From NCBI GenBank assembly GCA_019358935.1, contig JAHHIK010000002.1, positions 32,001 through 96,000 of the forward strand: a stretch of DNA of 64,000 nt. The letters are read 5' to 3'. This DNA is from Tolypothrix carrinoi HA7290-LM1. GTDB lineage: Bacteria; Cyanobacteriota; Cyanobacteriia; Cyanobacteriales; Nostocaceae. The notes below the pieces were generated by a model. It saw only the letters and a program-made list of their open reading frames with translations, was not told the DNA's origin and made no database searches. Both the position numbers and the translations under genes were made by a program. Positions 21,590 through 31,258 of the stretch are shown here, piece by piece; positions within the stretch are counted from its first letter, which is position 1; each line of letters opens with the position of its first letter.

Positions 21590-21820
21590 CTAATCTAATT
21601 GTAATTTTAGCTGGCTTACATTCTTAAAAACCCTATTGAAATTTTATTTTAAGTCTTCAACACTGTCAGATAGCTCCATCACAGTTATTAATTTAGTTAA
21701 ATGTCTATCTAAATGAGAAATTCCTACTTCTTCAGTTAAATGCTGATGATATTTTCGTCTATGGTAAACCATTTTCAGTAACTGGGTTTCTTTTTCTCAA
21801 TTCTTCGAGAACACTGTTGA
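21590..21820 (-). pseudogene. P63C-domain protein C-terminal remnant
   Basis: Manual translation SVLEELRKRNPVTENG / RRKYHQHLTEEVGISHLDRHLTKLITVMELSDSVEDLK*NFNRVF...QLKLQLD*, with a frameshift and an internal stop. Confidence 0.6.
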
Positions 21821-21849
21821 CTTTAGATAAACAGAGCAAAGCGATCGCA

Positions 21850-22284
21850 TTACTTTGGTTGCACCAACTGCGCTACATCCTCTCCTAATCGCGTAAAATC
21901 ATTGGCGTTAAGAGTCAGCAACACATCTACATTTGCCTTAATTGCAGCTTGAGCAATTAAAGCATCGTAAATACCTCCCCCAGGAAGATTCAAACTCACC
22001 ATCCTAGCTATCGTCGCTTGATAATCCGCCACTCTGTGAGAACAACTTTATCAAACCTATTCAGATTTTCCTCAAGCAAACGCTGCGCTAAAGTTGGGTT
22101 AATTCGCAAACTGCGAGGAAGGCGAGTAAGTATCGCATAAAGTTAGAATAAAGTGTGAGTCGAGACAAATCCTTCTATCTCTTCTGTTTGGACACGTTGC
22201 AACCAGGGTAAACTATTCTTCGTGCCTGGGATGATCTGCCAGCATCGCTGCCACAAGTACAGATGTGTCAAATAATATTTTCAC
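21850..22284 (-). pseudogene. PIN domain toxin pseudogene
   Basis: GTG start VKILFDTSVLVAA.., then a stop and frameshifts; C-terminus GGGIYDALIAQAA..LLTLNANDFTRL. Confidence 0.8.
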
Positions 22285-22385
22285 CAAGATGTAAAGAAAG
22301 TTGATTCGTTCTTCCCTTAAATCATGCACAGATGTTTCTAAGTTTTTTGCACCTTGAGATTGCACTACTAAAACTCCCTCAACAT
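22285..22385 (-). pseudogene. 3' fragment of AbrB/MazE-like antitoxin
   Basis: GVLVVQSQGAKNLETSVHDLREERIN directly upstream of the PIN gene; its 5' part is replaced by another gene. Confidence 0.5.
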
Positions 22386-22819
22386 ATTTTACAGGCAAAC
22401 CCTCACCCAGTTCTCCTGGCTGCCAGTCATAAGCTTCATAGCTACCTAAATTAGATAAGTCAGTTTCGAGCCATCCCTCGTCAGATTTGTCAACAAGAAG
22501 GGTGTGGGGTTGCATGGTTAGGGTTGCAGGTCTCGTTGACGGCGTTGGTCAGGGCGTATGATTCCCCGACCAACGCAATCGTCCTAAAGAATGGGGCTTG
22601 TGACGAAGGCGGTTGTTGGGGCTATCTCTTCCCCCACACCCCACACCCCATACCCTACACCCCGCCCCAACGGGGCTTGGTCACTGAAGACAGATAATTG
22701 ATGTTCCTTTTGATTCTTTCGCCACTCTATAAACTCAACAAAATCTAGAACTTCCTGCTGTGCATTTTCAAACATCGGTGTTCTAGTTTCTCCAAAATCT
22801 TTTCTTTGAGAGAATCCAT
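22386..22819 (-). pseudogene. DUF2281-like protein, frameshifted and interrupted
   Basis: MDSLKEKILEKL / ENAQQEVLDFVEFIEW...QLSVF|insert|DKSDEGWLETDLSNLGSYEAYDWQPGEL. Confidence 0.65.
22494..22684 (+). mobile_element. 191-bp non-autonomous IS200/IS605-type element
   Basis: Starts CAAGAAGG right after TCAA and ends GGTCAC. No target duplication. Excision restores the host frame. Confidence 0.7.
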
Positions 22820-23200
22820 GCTAGTAGCTACCATCTTTGCCTCACAGTGTAACTCATAGTCGCTAAGATCGAATGATAGGGTTTTATGTTGTCCAAAGGT
22901 ATATAACGAACACTCATAACCAAAATAAGTTAAATCAATACTAAAGAATTTCCCAGAATATTAAAGTGCGATCGCTTTGCCTTCAAGCAAACGCAGAATT
23001 TTTCGCTTGCCCTATGACCGATTCCCAACAGCAAGGCATTCTTTGTACGAAAATTCGATACTCATGCTTTCAGGGGATGCGATCGCAATTTTATAAGTGT
23101 AACTATAGAAAGTGTCCAATGTAAGAAAACGCTATCGTTGTCTAAATCTAGGATCAAGTTGTTGAAAATAACAACTTTGACTTGTTGAGAAGGTACAACT

Positions 23201-23599
23201 ATGAATCGAATCTTAAAACGCACATTTTTACCCAGCCTCTTGGCTGCCACTTTAGCTGGTGTCACCTTAGTTCCAGCTAAACCCGCTGCTGCCGACGATC
23301 GCATACTTGAAGATGTCGGTATTGGTGCTGCCGCTGGCGTGGTATCAGGCGCTATTAGGGGACGTGGTTCGGTATTAAACAATGCTGTTAAGGGTGGTGC
23401 TGCTGGCGCTGCGGTTAATGGTGTTAACGGTACCAGAAGAAATCCCAGAAACCGTAACTTGGGTCAAGATATCGGAGTAGGGGCAGCCGCAGGTGGTGTC
23501 ACTGGTGCAGTTACTCGCGGTCGTAAAGATACTTTGGGTGATGTAGTCGATGGTGCAGCCGCAGGTGCAGCTATCCATATCTTGAGGAATAGAAAATAA
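23201..23599 (+). CDS. secreted glycine-zipper repeat protein
   Basis: Signal peptide ending PAAA; repeated D(V/I)G(I/V)GAAAG units. Confidence 0.8.
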   Translation: MNRILKRTFLPSLLAATLAGVTLVPAKPAAADDRILEDVGIGAAAGVVSGAIRGRGSVLNNAVKGGAAGAAVNGVNGTRRNPRNRNLGQDIGVGAAAGGVTGAVTRGRKDTLGDVVDGAAAGAAIHILRNRK

Positions 23600-23767
23600 T
23601 TCGTTGTTCGTAATTGATAGCTGAATTACGAATTTGCCTTAATTCCCAAGCATTGCTAAAAAATTGTTCAGAGAAATCACGCCACAGCCACGTTACCATT
23701 ACCAGAACGCTGTGGAATTGACAGTTAAGCCACATACAAACTAAGCCTGCTGACCGCAGGCTTAGAT

Positions 23768-24110
23768 GTGAAGTACCTACACTGATACTTCGTATACAGT
23801 GTAGGCTTCGCGTCTCACTCGCTGTTGCTCTGTTGGGCGTACCTATTGCTAGATACCCGGAACCAAATCCGGTCTAAGTCTTACACAGCGTCTCTGGTAC
23901 TTCTACCTTTATCTCCTCAAGGGAGAACCCGCGCAGCCGCCCGCCTCCCGCAGGCAGTTTAATTTTGTTCGCACAACACTCCTTGGATTTACTGCAATAG
24001 CATACCAGCTAGAAATGTTTCTTCCCCGATCTAGTCATGTGTCTGCGGCAAGTCTTACAGTGTTTGAAGTTAGCCTGTCTGTTCCATACAGTCGGGTGGG
24101 TCATCGACCA
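23768..24110 (-). ncRNA. candidate omegaRNA-like structured RNA
   Basis: No ORF of 60 aa or more; GC-rich hairpins; two TGTAAGACTT motifs; extended -10-like TGCTAACGT just upstream; ends at the element right end. Confidence 0.4.
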
Positions 24111-24151
24111 TCTTTACGTTAGCATCTGAGTGGCGCGTTGTGTACACACAG

Positions 24152-24331
24152 ATGAAAGAGAAGTCATTACGTTTTAGGATGTCTGAACGTCGTTACAATA
24201 AGTTAAAACTATATGCCCAACAAAAAGAAAAAACAATGACGCAGTTGATTGAGGATTGGGTAGACCGACTACCAGCTTCATATATTGGGGATTCGTCATC
24301 GACCTCACTCCCTAATCAACCTGGCGGTTGA
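24152..24331 (+). CDS. ribbon-helix-helix (CopG-like) protein inside the element
   Basis: MKEKSLRFRMSERRYNKLKLYAQQKEKTMTQLIEDWVDRL. Confidence 0.75.
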   Translation: MKEKSLRFRMSERRYNKLKLYAQQKEKTMTQLIEDWVDRLPASYIGDSSSTSLPNQPGG

Positions 24332-24579
24332 TATTAGTCGGAGGTCAATTCCTCATCCCCCAACAATTCCGGAGCGACACTGACGTAAGGGTTCAGTGTG
24401 AGCCTTCTTGTTGAAAAAGGTAAAAAGTCCGCACTCAGGCGGACTTTGTGTTTATAATTCTATGAATTTGGGCTTCATTGCGATCTTCGTAGCTTACCGT
24501 AGGTATCGCCTGTGCTGCCAACTAATTATATCCATCGCACAGCGCGTTCTAAAGATACAACTAAACTTATTAGCGACCT

Positions 24580-24777
24580 TTAGCCCTTCAACGCCTTTCT
24601 AAAATTGCGACGATAGGACGGATTTGTAAGAAACAAAGCGGGCCATAACAGAGATAAACCAAGGCGATTGGGCAAACTTTGAGCAAAATTAGTCCGCTCA
24701 AATCCATTCCAAAACTTCCACACACCATATAAATAAGCCGCCATCAAGCCAAGAATAATTAACTTAGGCATTCGCAT
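24580..24777 (-). CDS. small membrane hypothetical protein
   Basis: Two hydrophobic segments; YLYGVWKFWNGFERTNF...WPALF...YRRNFRKALKG. Confidence 0.7.
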   Translation of the reverse strand: MRMPKLIILGLMAAYLYGVWKFWNGFERTNFAQSLPNRLGLSLLWPALFLTNPSYRRNFRKALKG

Positions 24778-25334
24778 TACTCCATAAGCAACTGACACAA
24801 TTCGAGAAAAGTATTCTCACACCCTCCAGTTTAAGATAGCCTCCCGGATTCGGGGAGAGGGGGGAGGGGGAGGGGGGGAGGGGGAGAGTGGGGGACAAGG
24901 AGGAGTAGGGGGACAAGGGGGAGAGGAAATTACCCATTCCCAATTACCCCCTTCGGGGTTCTGAAGTCGCTCATGGGGAGCCAGTGCGTTGGGCGGCTCT
25001 GCCGACAGTCACGCACCTGGCGTGGAGACCACGGCAGGTGCTGTAGCCTGTGGAACCCGTCCACCGCACTGCCTCCCCTTGGCGGAGCGCCTCTCCCTTT
25101 GGGAGAAGACCGCGCTGGCTCACCATTCCCCATTACCAATTACCCATTCACCATTACCGATTACCCATTACCCATTCCCCATTCCCCAGCTTCTGAGTAT
25201 ATCTACTTATTCCTTGACAGATGCATCTTGTGGAAGTTCCTAAAATATTAAGATCCATAGGAGACTAAAGAATAGCAGAACATATCTCACGGGTCTTGAA
25301 GCAGCGATCGCGCTCACATAGCTAAGGAGGATTT

Positions 25335-27863
25335 ATGCGTGCAGTACTAATGGCAGGTGGTTCGGGAACGCGGTTACGTCCGCTAACTTGTGACCTGCCC
25401 AAACCGATGGTGCCCATCCTAAATCGACCAATTGCCGAACACATTATCAATCTTCTCAAACGACATCACATCACAGAAGTTGTTGCCACACTGCATTATT
25501 TACCTGATGTCTTGCGAGATTACTTTCAAGATGGTAGCGATTTTGGCGTACAAATGACCTACGCGGTGGAAGAAGACCAGCCGCTAGGAACCGCCGGTTG
25601 CGTGAAGAACATTGCCGAACTTCTAGACGAAACCTTTTTAGTAATTAGCGGAGATAGCATAACAGATTTTGACTTAACAGCAGCAATTGAATTTCACAAA
25701 CAAAACAAGTCTAAAGCGACTTTGATTTTGACTCGTGTCCCCAATCCAATTGAGTTTGGGGTGGTGATTAGCGATGAACAACATCGAATTCGGCGATTTT
25801 TAGAAAAGCCCTCTACCAGTGAAATTTTTTCCGATACCGTCAACACTGGTACATATATTCTAGAACCTGAAGTTTTGGAATATCTGCCATGTAACGTAGA
25901 ATGTGACTTTTCTAAAGATTTATTTCCCTTACTTTTAGACAAAGACGAGCCAATGTATGGTTACGTCGCTGAGGGTTACTGGTGCGATGTCGGTCACTTA
26001 GATGCTTATCGCGAAGCGCAATATGACGGCTTGGAACATAAGGTAAAACTTGATTTTGCCTACAAAGAGATGTCAACCGACTTGTGGGTGGGTCAAAACA
26101 CTTATATCGATCCAACGGCTCAAATTGAGGCTCCAGCGGTTATTGGCGATAATTGCCGCATTGGGGCAAGAGTCCAAATTGAAGCCGGAACCGTAATCGG
26201 GGATAATGTCACTATTGGGGCTGATGCTAATCTCAAACGTCCAATTGTTTGGAATGGGGCAATTATTGGCGAAGAAGCACATCTCTCAGCTTGTGTGATT
26301 TCCCGTGGTACTCGTGTAGACCGTCGCGCTCATGTTTTAGAAGCAGCTGTGGTCGGTTCGCTTTCTAGCGTGGGAGAAGAAGCGCAAATTAGTCCGGGTG
26401 TCCGCGTTTGGCCCAGCAAAAAAATTGAGTCCGGCGCAATCTTAAATATTAACTTGATTTGGGGTAACACTGCTCAACGAAATTTATTTGGACAACGTGG
26501 TGTCCAAGGATTAGCCAATATCGATATTACCCCAGAGTTTGCGGTGAAGTTGGGAGCCGCTTATGGTTCTACTTTGAAACCGGGTTCTAAGGTAACGGTT
26601 TCCCGCGATCAGCGCAATATTTCGCGGATGGTGACGCGATCGCTCATCGCTGGTTTAATGTCTGTAGGCATCGATATTCAAAACCTTGATGCTACCGCTA
26701 TCCCCATCGCTCGTACAGTTATCCCCACAATGTCGGTAGCTGGTGGTATTCATGTCCGGGTACATCCCGATCGCCCCGATTATATCCTGATTGAATTTAT
26801 GGATGGCAAGGGCATCAATATTTCCAAGGCAAAGGAAAAGAAAATTGAAGGGGCTTACTTTAAAGAGGATATGCGGCGATCGCAAATTCATGAAGTTGGC
26901 GATGTCTCATACCCCAGTCAAGTAATTGACCGCTACTGCACAGCTTTTGAAAAGTTATTGAATATTGACACAATTCGTAACAGTCGAGCAAAAGTAGTGA
27001 TTGACTACGTTTATGCTGTCTCTGGTGCAGTATTGCCGCAAATGTTAGATAACTTTGGCGCTGATGCGGTGGTGTTAAACGCCAGTTTGAATAAAACTGC
27101 TATGTCCACGGCTGACCGCGAAGGATTGATAACTCAACTCGGTCATGTGGTGGAAGCACTAAAAGCTAACTTTGGCGTTCAGGTGTCGGCAAATGGCGAA
27201 CAAATGATTTTGGTGGATGAATCGGGAATTCCGATTCGCGGGGAAATGTTAACAGCGCTGATGGTGGATTTAATTTTAACTTCTAACCCTAGAGGGACGG
27301 TTGTAGTACCGGTTCATGCTTCTAGTGCTGTGGAACAAATTGCCCGTCGCCACGATGGTAAAGTGATTCGCACCAAGGCGAATCCTACCGCATTAATGGA
27401 AGCTTGTCAAACAAATCCGAGTGTAGTGTTGGGAGGTAGTGGGGACACTGGCTTTATTATCCCGCAATTGCATCCGGGATTTGATGGGATGTTCTGTATT
27501 GCCAAGCTAATTGAAATGCTAACAATACAAGAGCGATCGCTTGCTTCTGCCAGGTCTGAACTACCGCGTGTAATTCACAAAACTTATACAGTCCGCTGTC
27601 CTTGGACAGTCAAAGGTGCATTGATGCGGTATTTGGTAGAAACTCATCCAGCACAAAACCTGGAATTAATCGATGGGGTAAAAATTTGTCAACCCTACGA
27701 TGACAGTTGGGTGTTAGTTTTACCAGATGCCAGCGAACCACTGGTACATTTATACATCAACAGCAACGATCGCGATTGGGTAGATGATTCCTTAAGACAA
27801 TACCGCGCTCGCGTTCAAACGTTTGTGGAAAAACAAGAAGAGCAAATTCCTGTAGAGGTGTAA
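25335..27863 (+). CDS. mannose-1-phosphate guanylyltransferase / phosphomannomutase-like fusion
   Basis: [19 protein letters not shown], LbH hexapeptide repeats, C-terminal PGM/PMM domains; AAGGAGG RBS. Confidence 0.9.
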   Translation: MRAVLMAGGSGTRLRPLTCDLPKPMVPILNRPIAEHIINLLKRHHITEVVATLHYLPDVLRDYFQDGSDFGVQMTYAVEEDQPLGTAGCVKNIAELLDETFLVISGDSITDFDLTAAIEFHKQNKSKATLILTRVPNPIEFGVVISDEQHRIRRFLEKPSTSEIFSDTVNTGTYILEPEVLEYLPCNVECDFSKDLFPLLLDKDEPMYGYVAEGYWCDVGHLDAYREAQYDGLEHKVKLDFAYKEMSTDLWVGQNTYIDPTAQIEAPAVIGDNCRIGARVQIEAGTVIGDNVTIGADANLKRPIVWNGAIIGEEAHLSACVISRGTRVDRRAHVLEAAVVGSLSSVGEEAQISPGVRVWPSKKIESGAILNINLIWGNTAQRNLFGQRGVQGLANIDITPEFAVKLGAAYGSTLKPGSKVTVSRDQRNISRMVTRSLIAGLMSVGIDIQNLDATAIPIARTVIPTMSVAGGIHVRVHPDRPDYILIEFMDGKGINISKAKEKKIEGAYFKEDMRRSQIHEVGDVSYPSQVIDRYCTAFEKLLNIDTIRNSRAKVVIDYVYAVSGAVLPQMLDNFGADAVVLNASLNKTAMSTADREGLITQLGHVVEALKANFGVQVSANGEQMILVDESGIPIRGEMLTALMVDLILTSNPRGTVVVPVHASSAVEQIARRHDGKVIRTKANPTALMEACQTNPSVVLGGSGDTGFIIPQLHPGFDGMFCIAKLIEMLTIQERSLASARSELPRVIHKTYTVRCPWTVKGALMRYLVETHPAQNLELIDGVKICQPYDDSWVLVLPDASEPLVHLYINSNDRDWVDDSLRQYRARVQTFVEKQEEQIPVEV

Positions 27864-27869
27864 GAAACT

Positions 27870-28085
27870 AGGGAATGGGGAATGGGGAATGGGGAATGGG
27901 GAATGGGGAATGGGGAATGGGGAATGGGGAATAGGGAATGGGGAATGGGGAATGGGTAATGGGTAATGGGGAAAGAATTATTACCAATGCCCTATGCCCA
28001 ATTAGCAATTAGCAATTACCAATTAGCAATTACCAACTACTAATTCCCAACTACCAATTCCCAATGCCCAATTCCCAATGCCCAT
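27870..28085. repeat. STRR tract (GGGAATG x ~13, CCAATTA/CCAATGC)
   Basis: Long tandem heptamer run between convergent genes. Confidence 0.9.
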
Positions 28086-28144
28086 TTTCACATGCGTCTC
28101 TACCAAGAATTAGGAATTTTGTATTAATATTCACCAACGCCGTA

Positions 28145-29173
28145 TTAGTGATGCAAAGCATTCTCACTTACCTTTTCTCTACTCAGGGTTTCGTGGCTCA
28201 TCACGGCTTGCCTAACTAGGTCAGCCCGTCTCTTCGCTTCCTCGGCTTTCTGTAAAAAGAGTGCCTCGGTCTCACTATCGTTGCTTTCGCGCAGATGCCC
28301 AGCCATATGCCTCATTAATAATTCACTTTCTTCAATTGCGCGTAAAGTGTTCCAAAGTGCATCTTCAATGCCCTTGGTGACTTCCACGAGCAGAGAATCC
28401 AGGGAATATGCGTGCCCCGTATGGCAGCGGAAGCGGATAAGGTTTCCTTCTTTCAATCTCAAAAGTGTACCGTGACATTCGGGACAGGTATAAATAGAGG
28501 GTGTACCTAGCTTCATAGCGCCTTGCTCAAAGGCGTTGTCTTCCCGTGCGACCCCTACTTCAATTTCCATTTTATCGTCCGGCGGATTTCCCGCTTCCTC
28601 CTCGACAGTTTCATTTGTTAAACGAACCAATAAAGACCCCATCTCTGTCACCGAGACGCAGTGATCTACCGTAACCGCTTTCATTGCGGCTTTGGGCATT
28701 GAGGGGTAAAGCGCCTCAAACGGGTCTTGGACAATTGCTATACCTCCTCGCTCCTTCACCGCATACAGCCCAGCCGCTCCGTCATCAAGGGAGCCGGTCA
28801 GAACCACCCCTATCACCTGTGAACCGTAAGCAAGAGCTGCGGAGCGGAACAAGACATCGACCGAGGGACGAAAGCGGTTTTCTTTTGGACCGCGAGTTAC
28901 CCGGACATAACCCGGTTCGACAACAAGGTGGCGATCTGGGGGAGCGACATAAATATGACCGGGCTTGATTGGCTCAAAGTCGATAGCGTGTGCTACGGGC
29001 AGCGGACATACGCGATCGAGTATTTGGGGCAATATACTCGGAGACTCCGCTGGAAGATGCCAGACGATCAAGAGCGTGCCGGGGAAGTTGTCAGGCAATT
29101 GAGCAAGAAGCTTTTTCATCACTTCCAAACCACCTGCGGAAGCTCCAATGACAATGATGTCATGTTTTAACAC
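28145..29173 (-). CDS. stand-alone CheB-type methylesterase with C-terminal CxxC/CxxH domain
   Basis: IGASAGG, HLP, RFRPSVDVLF, LTGSLDDG, CPECHG...FRCHTGH. GTG start at 29173 after AAGGAG. Confidence 0.85.
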   Translation of the reverse strand: MLKHDIIVIGASAGGLEVMKKLLAQLPDNFPGTLLIVWHLPAESPSILPQILDRVCPLPVAHAIDFEPIKPGHIYVAPPDRHLVVEPGYVRVTRGPKENRFRPSVDVLFRSAALAYGSQVIGVVLTGSLDDGAAGLYAVKERGGIAIVQDPFEALYPSMPKAAMKAVTVDHCVSVTEMGSLLVRLTNETVEEEAGNPPDDKMEIEVGVAREDNAFEQGAMKLGTPSIYTCPECHGTLLRLKEGNLIRFRCHTGHAYSLDSLLVEVTKGIEDALWNTLRAIEESELLMRHMAGHLRESNDSETEALFLQKAEEAKRRADLVRQAVMSHETLSREKVSENALHH

Positions 29174-29578
29174 TCTACTCTCCTTTATTGTGTGGTGTGC
29201 TTGTCTGCCCAACTATCTGCTTTGTCTAATAGAACCATCCATATAACTTTGCACACAAAAAAGAGGTAGAAAGTAAAATAGACATCCTACCATTTCATCA
29301 AAAAATATCTATCATTCTTGATGAGATGCCAATCGAAGTTCGCGCTTGGCAGAGCGACGGCAGTTTGCACACTCGCGGCAACCACGGTAGGTGCATATGC
29401 TGTGAAAACACTTTCACGGCACTGGCAGACTAAGGTCGCGCTGCCTCTAGAGGGCAGAAGTTTATGATCTTGCCTTCAGCATAGCTACCTTATCGAGAGT
29501 CAGATTCAGTCTAAAGTCTGAAACTCAGAAAAAGGGCAAGCAAAATATGCATGAAATTTCTTTCCCAATCCCTAATTC

Positions 29579-31075
29579 CTATTTTTCAAATGGCAAAGAT
29601 GGCGACGAATTTTTAGGAAATATCGCTTCTTCAGTTTGCGGGTCAAAAAAGTGTATTTTATCTGGTGTCAGCGATAACCACAATTGTTCGCCAACACGCA
29701 CAGTGCGATCGCTTGCGACTCGCACTTGCAGGTAATTGCTTGTATAAGTAGTTTGATGCGGCGGTTCGACGGACAGAGGATTCTGTCCGCGCGACACGCC
29801 GCTCGGTTCGACAAGTTTGACTGCAAGATAAGTGTCGTTACCCAAGTTTTCCACCAAGTCCACTTCGACTTGCAGATTTTTGGTTGCAGGTAAACTTATA
29901 CTTAAGTGTTCCGGGCGAATACCTAAAATTAAAGTTTGTCCATCATATTTTTGTAACGCAGTTGCCCAAGTTTCAGGTAAGGTGAGACGAAACTGAGAAT
30001 GAGTAATAAACTGTGGAGCCTGAAATTTTACAGGTATAAAATTCATCGGCGGCGAACCGATGAATTCTGCAACAAAACGATTCGCCGGACGGTTGTATAA
30101 TTCCAATGGAGCAGCTACTTGCTGAATTTGCCCTTGATTCATAATCGCAATGCGATCGCCCATTGTCATCGCTTCGGTTTGGTCGTGGGTAACATAAATT
30201 GTCGTTGTACCCAAATGGCGTTGTAACTTGACAATTTGAGCGCGAGTTTCTGCCCGCAGTTTCGCATCTAAATTAGAAAGCGGTTCATCCATTAAGAATA
30301 CTTGCGGATTGCGGGCGATCGCTCGTCCTAATGCTACCCGTTGTCTTTGTCCACCAGACAACTGTTTGGGTAAGCGATTTAACAAACCTTCCATTTGTAA
30401 TAAATTGGCGACATAACGCACCTGTTGATTCACCGCCCGTTCTTTCTCAGAAATATACCGCAATCCCTTCGGTAACTTTCGCGTCACATCGACTAGTAGA
30501 TTGGATGCCCAGTTTTGCAGATGGGGAGATAAGGGAGAGGGGGGAGACAAGGGAGAGGGGGAAGACAAGGAAGACAAGGGAGAGGGGGAAGATAAGGGAG
30601 AAATTTTTCCAAGTCGTCCCCCTTGTCCCCCTTGTCCCCCTTGTCCCCCTTGTCCCCCACGCCCGTCGCCCCTGTCTCCTTGTCCTCCACTCCGGCGTCG
30701 CAACCCAAAAGCGATATTGTCATACACTGTCATGTGCGGATAAAGGGCGTAATTTTGAAACACCATTGCGATGTCTCGTTCTTTGGGGGGGAGATCGTTA
30801 ACTAAGCGATCGCCTACCCAAATATTACCGCCAGTCATCGCTTCTAACCCCGCTATTAAGCGCAGCAGAGTGCTTTTACCACAACCAGAAGGTCCCACCA
30901 GTACTATAAACTCGCCATCTGCTACAGTCAGGTTAATCCGTCGCAAAACGTTGATATTTTCTGAATGTTCTGGTGTCGCGTCACTTTGGAGTGCATTTTT
31001 AGTTTGCGAAACAACACTTTCCCCTTTCCGAGGGGGAAAACTTTTATAAACGTTTTCTAAAATAACTTGCGCCAC
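29579..31075 (-). CDS. MalK/UgpC-type sugar ABC transporter ATPase
   Basis: [44 protein letters not shown]. Contains an in-frame STRR insertion at ~30520-30690. Confidence 0.92.
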   Translation of the reverse strand: MAQVILENVYKSFPPRKGESVVSQTKNALQSDATPEHSENINVLRRINLTVADGEFIVLVGPSGCGKSTLLRLIAGLEAMTGGNIWVGDRLVNDLPPKERDIAMVFQNYALYPHMTVYDNIAFGLRRRSGGQGDRGDGRGGQGGQGGQGGQGGRLGKISPLSSPSPLSSLSSPSPLSPPSPLSPHLQNWASNLLVDVTRKLPKGLRYISEKERAVNQQVRYVANLLQMEGLLNRLPKQLSGGQRQRVALGRAIARNPQVFLMDEPLSNLDAKLRAETRAQIVKLQRHLGTTTIYVTHDQTEAMTMGDRIAIMNQGQIQQVAAPLELYNRPANRFVAEFIGSPPMNFIPVKFQAPQFITHSQFRLTLPETWATALQKYDGQTLILGIRPEHLSISLPATKNLQVEVDLVENLGNDTYLAVKLVEPSGVSRGQNPLSVEPPHQTTYTSNYLQVRVASDRTVRVGEQLWLSLTPDKIHFFDPQTEEAIFPKNSSPSLPFEK

Positions 31076-31258
31076 GAGTATTTATTATTGAAATTGTTAT
31101 TTGTCAAGGGTTAAGGGTCAATCTTTAGACTATAAACTATCAACTATCGACTATCAACTATCAACTATCGACTATCAACTTCGTGAATACGAAAAGTTAA
31201 AAAAATAGCTTTTAGCACAAAAAGCGAACTACCTTAAATTTAAAGGCTTTTAAGAGGC

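Larger units (their letters stand above)
23768..24410 (-). mobile_element. 643-bp IS200/IS605-derived element without TnpA/TnpB
   Basis: Minus strand TCAA|CAAGAAGGCTCACACTG..CAGTGTC (left hairpin) to GAAGCCTACACTG..CAGTGTAGGTACTTCAC| (right hairpin). Splits a palindromic dispersed repeat. Confidence 0.7.

Noticed and set aside
22213..22515. 100-aa ORF as a real gene
   Set aside because: It is a chimera of element sequence, DUF2281-like tail, antitoxin tail and PIN N-terminus.
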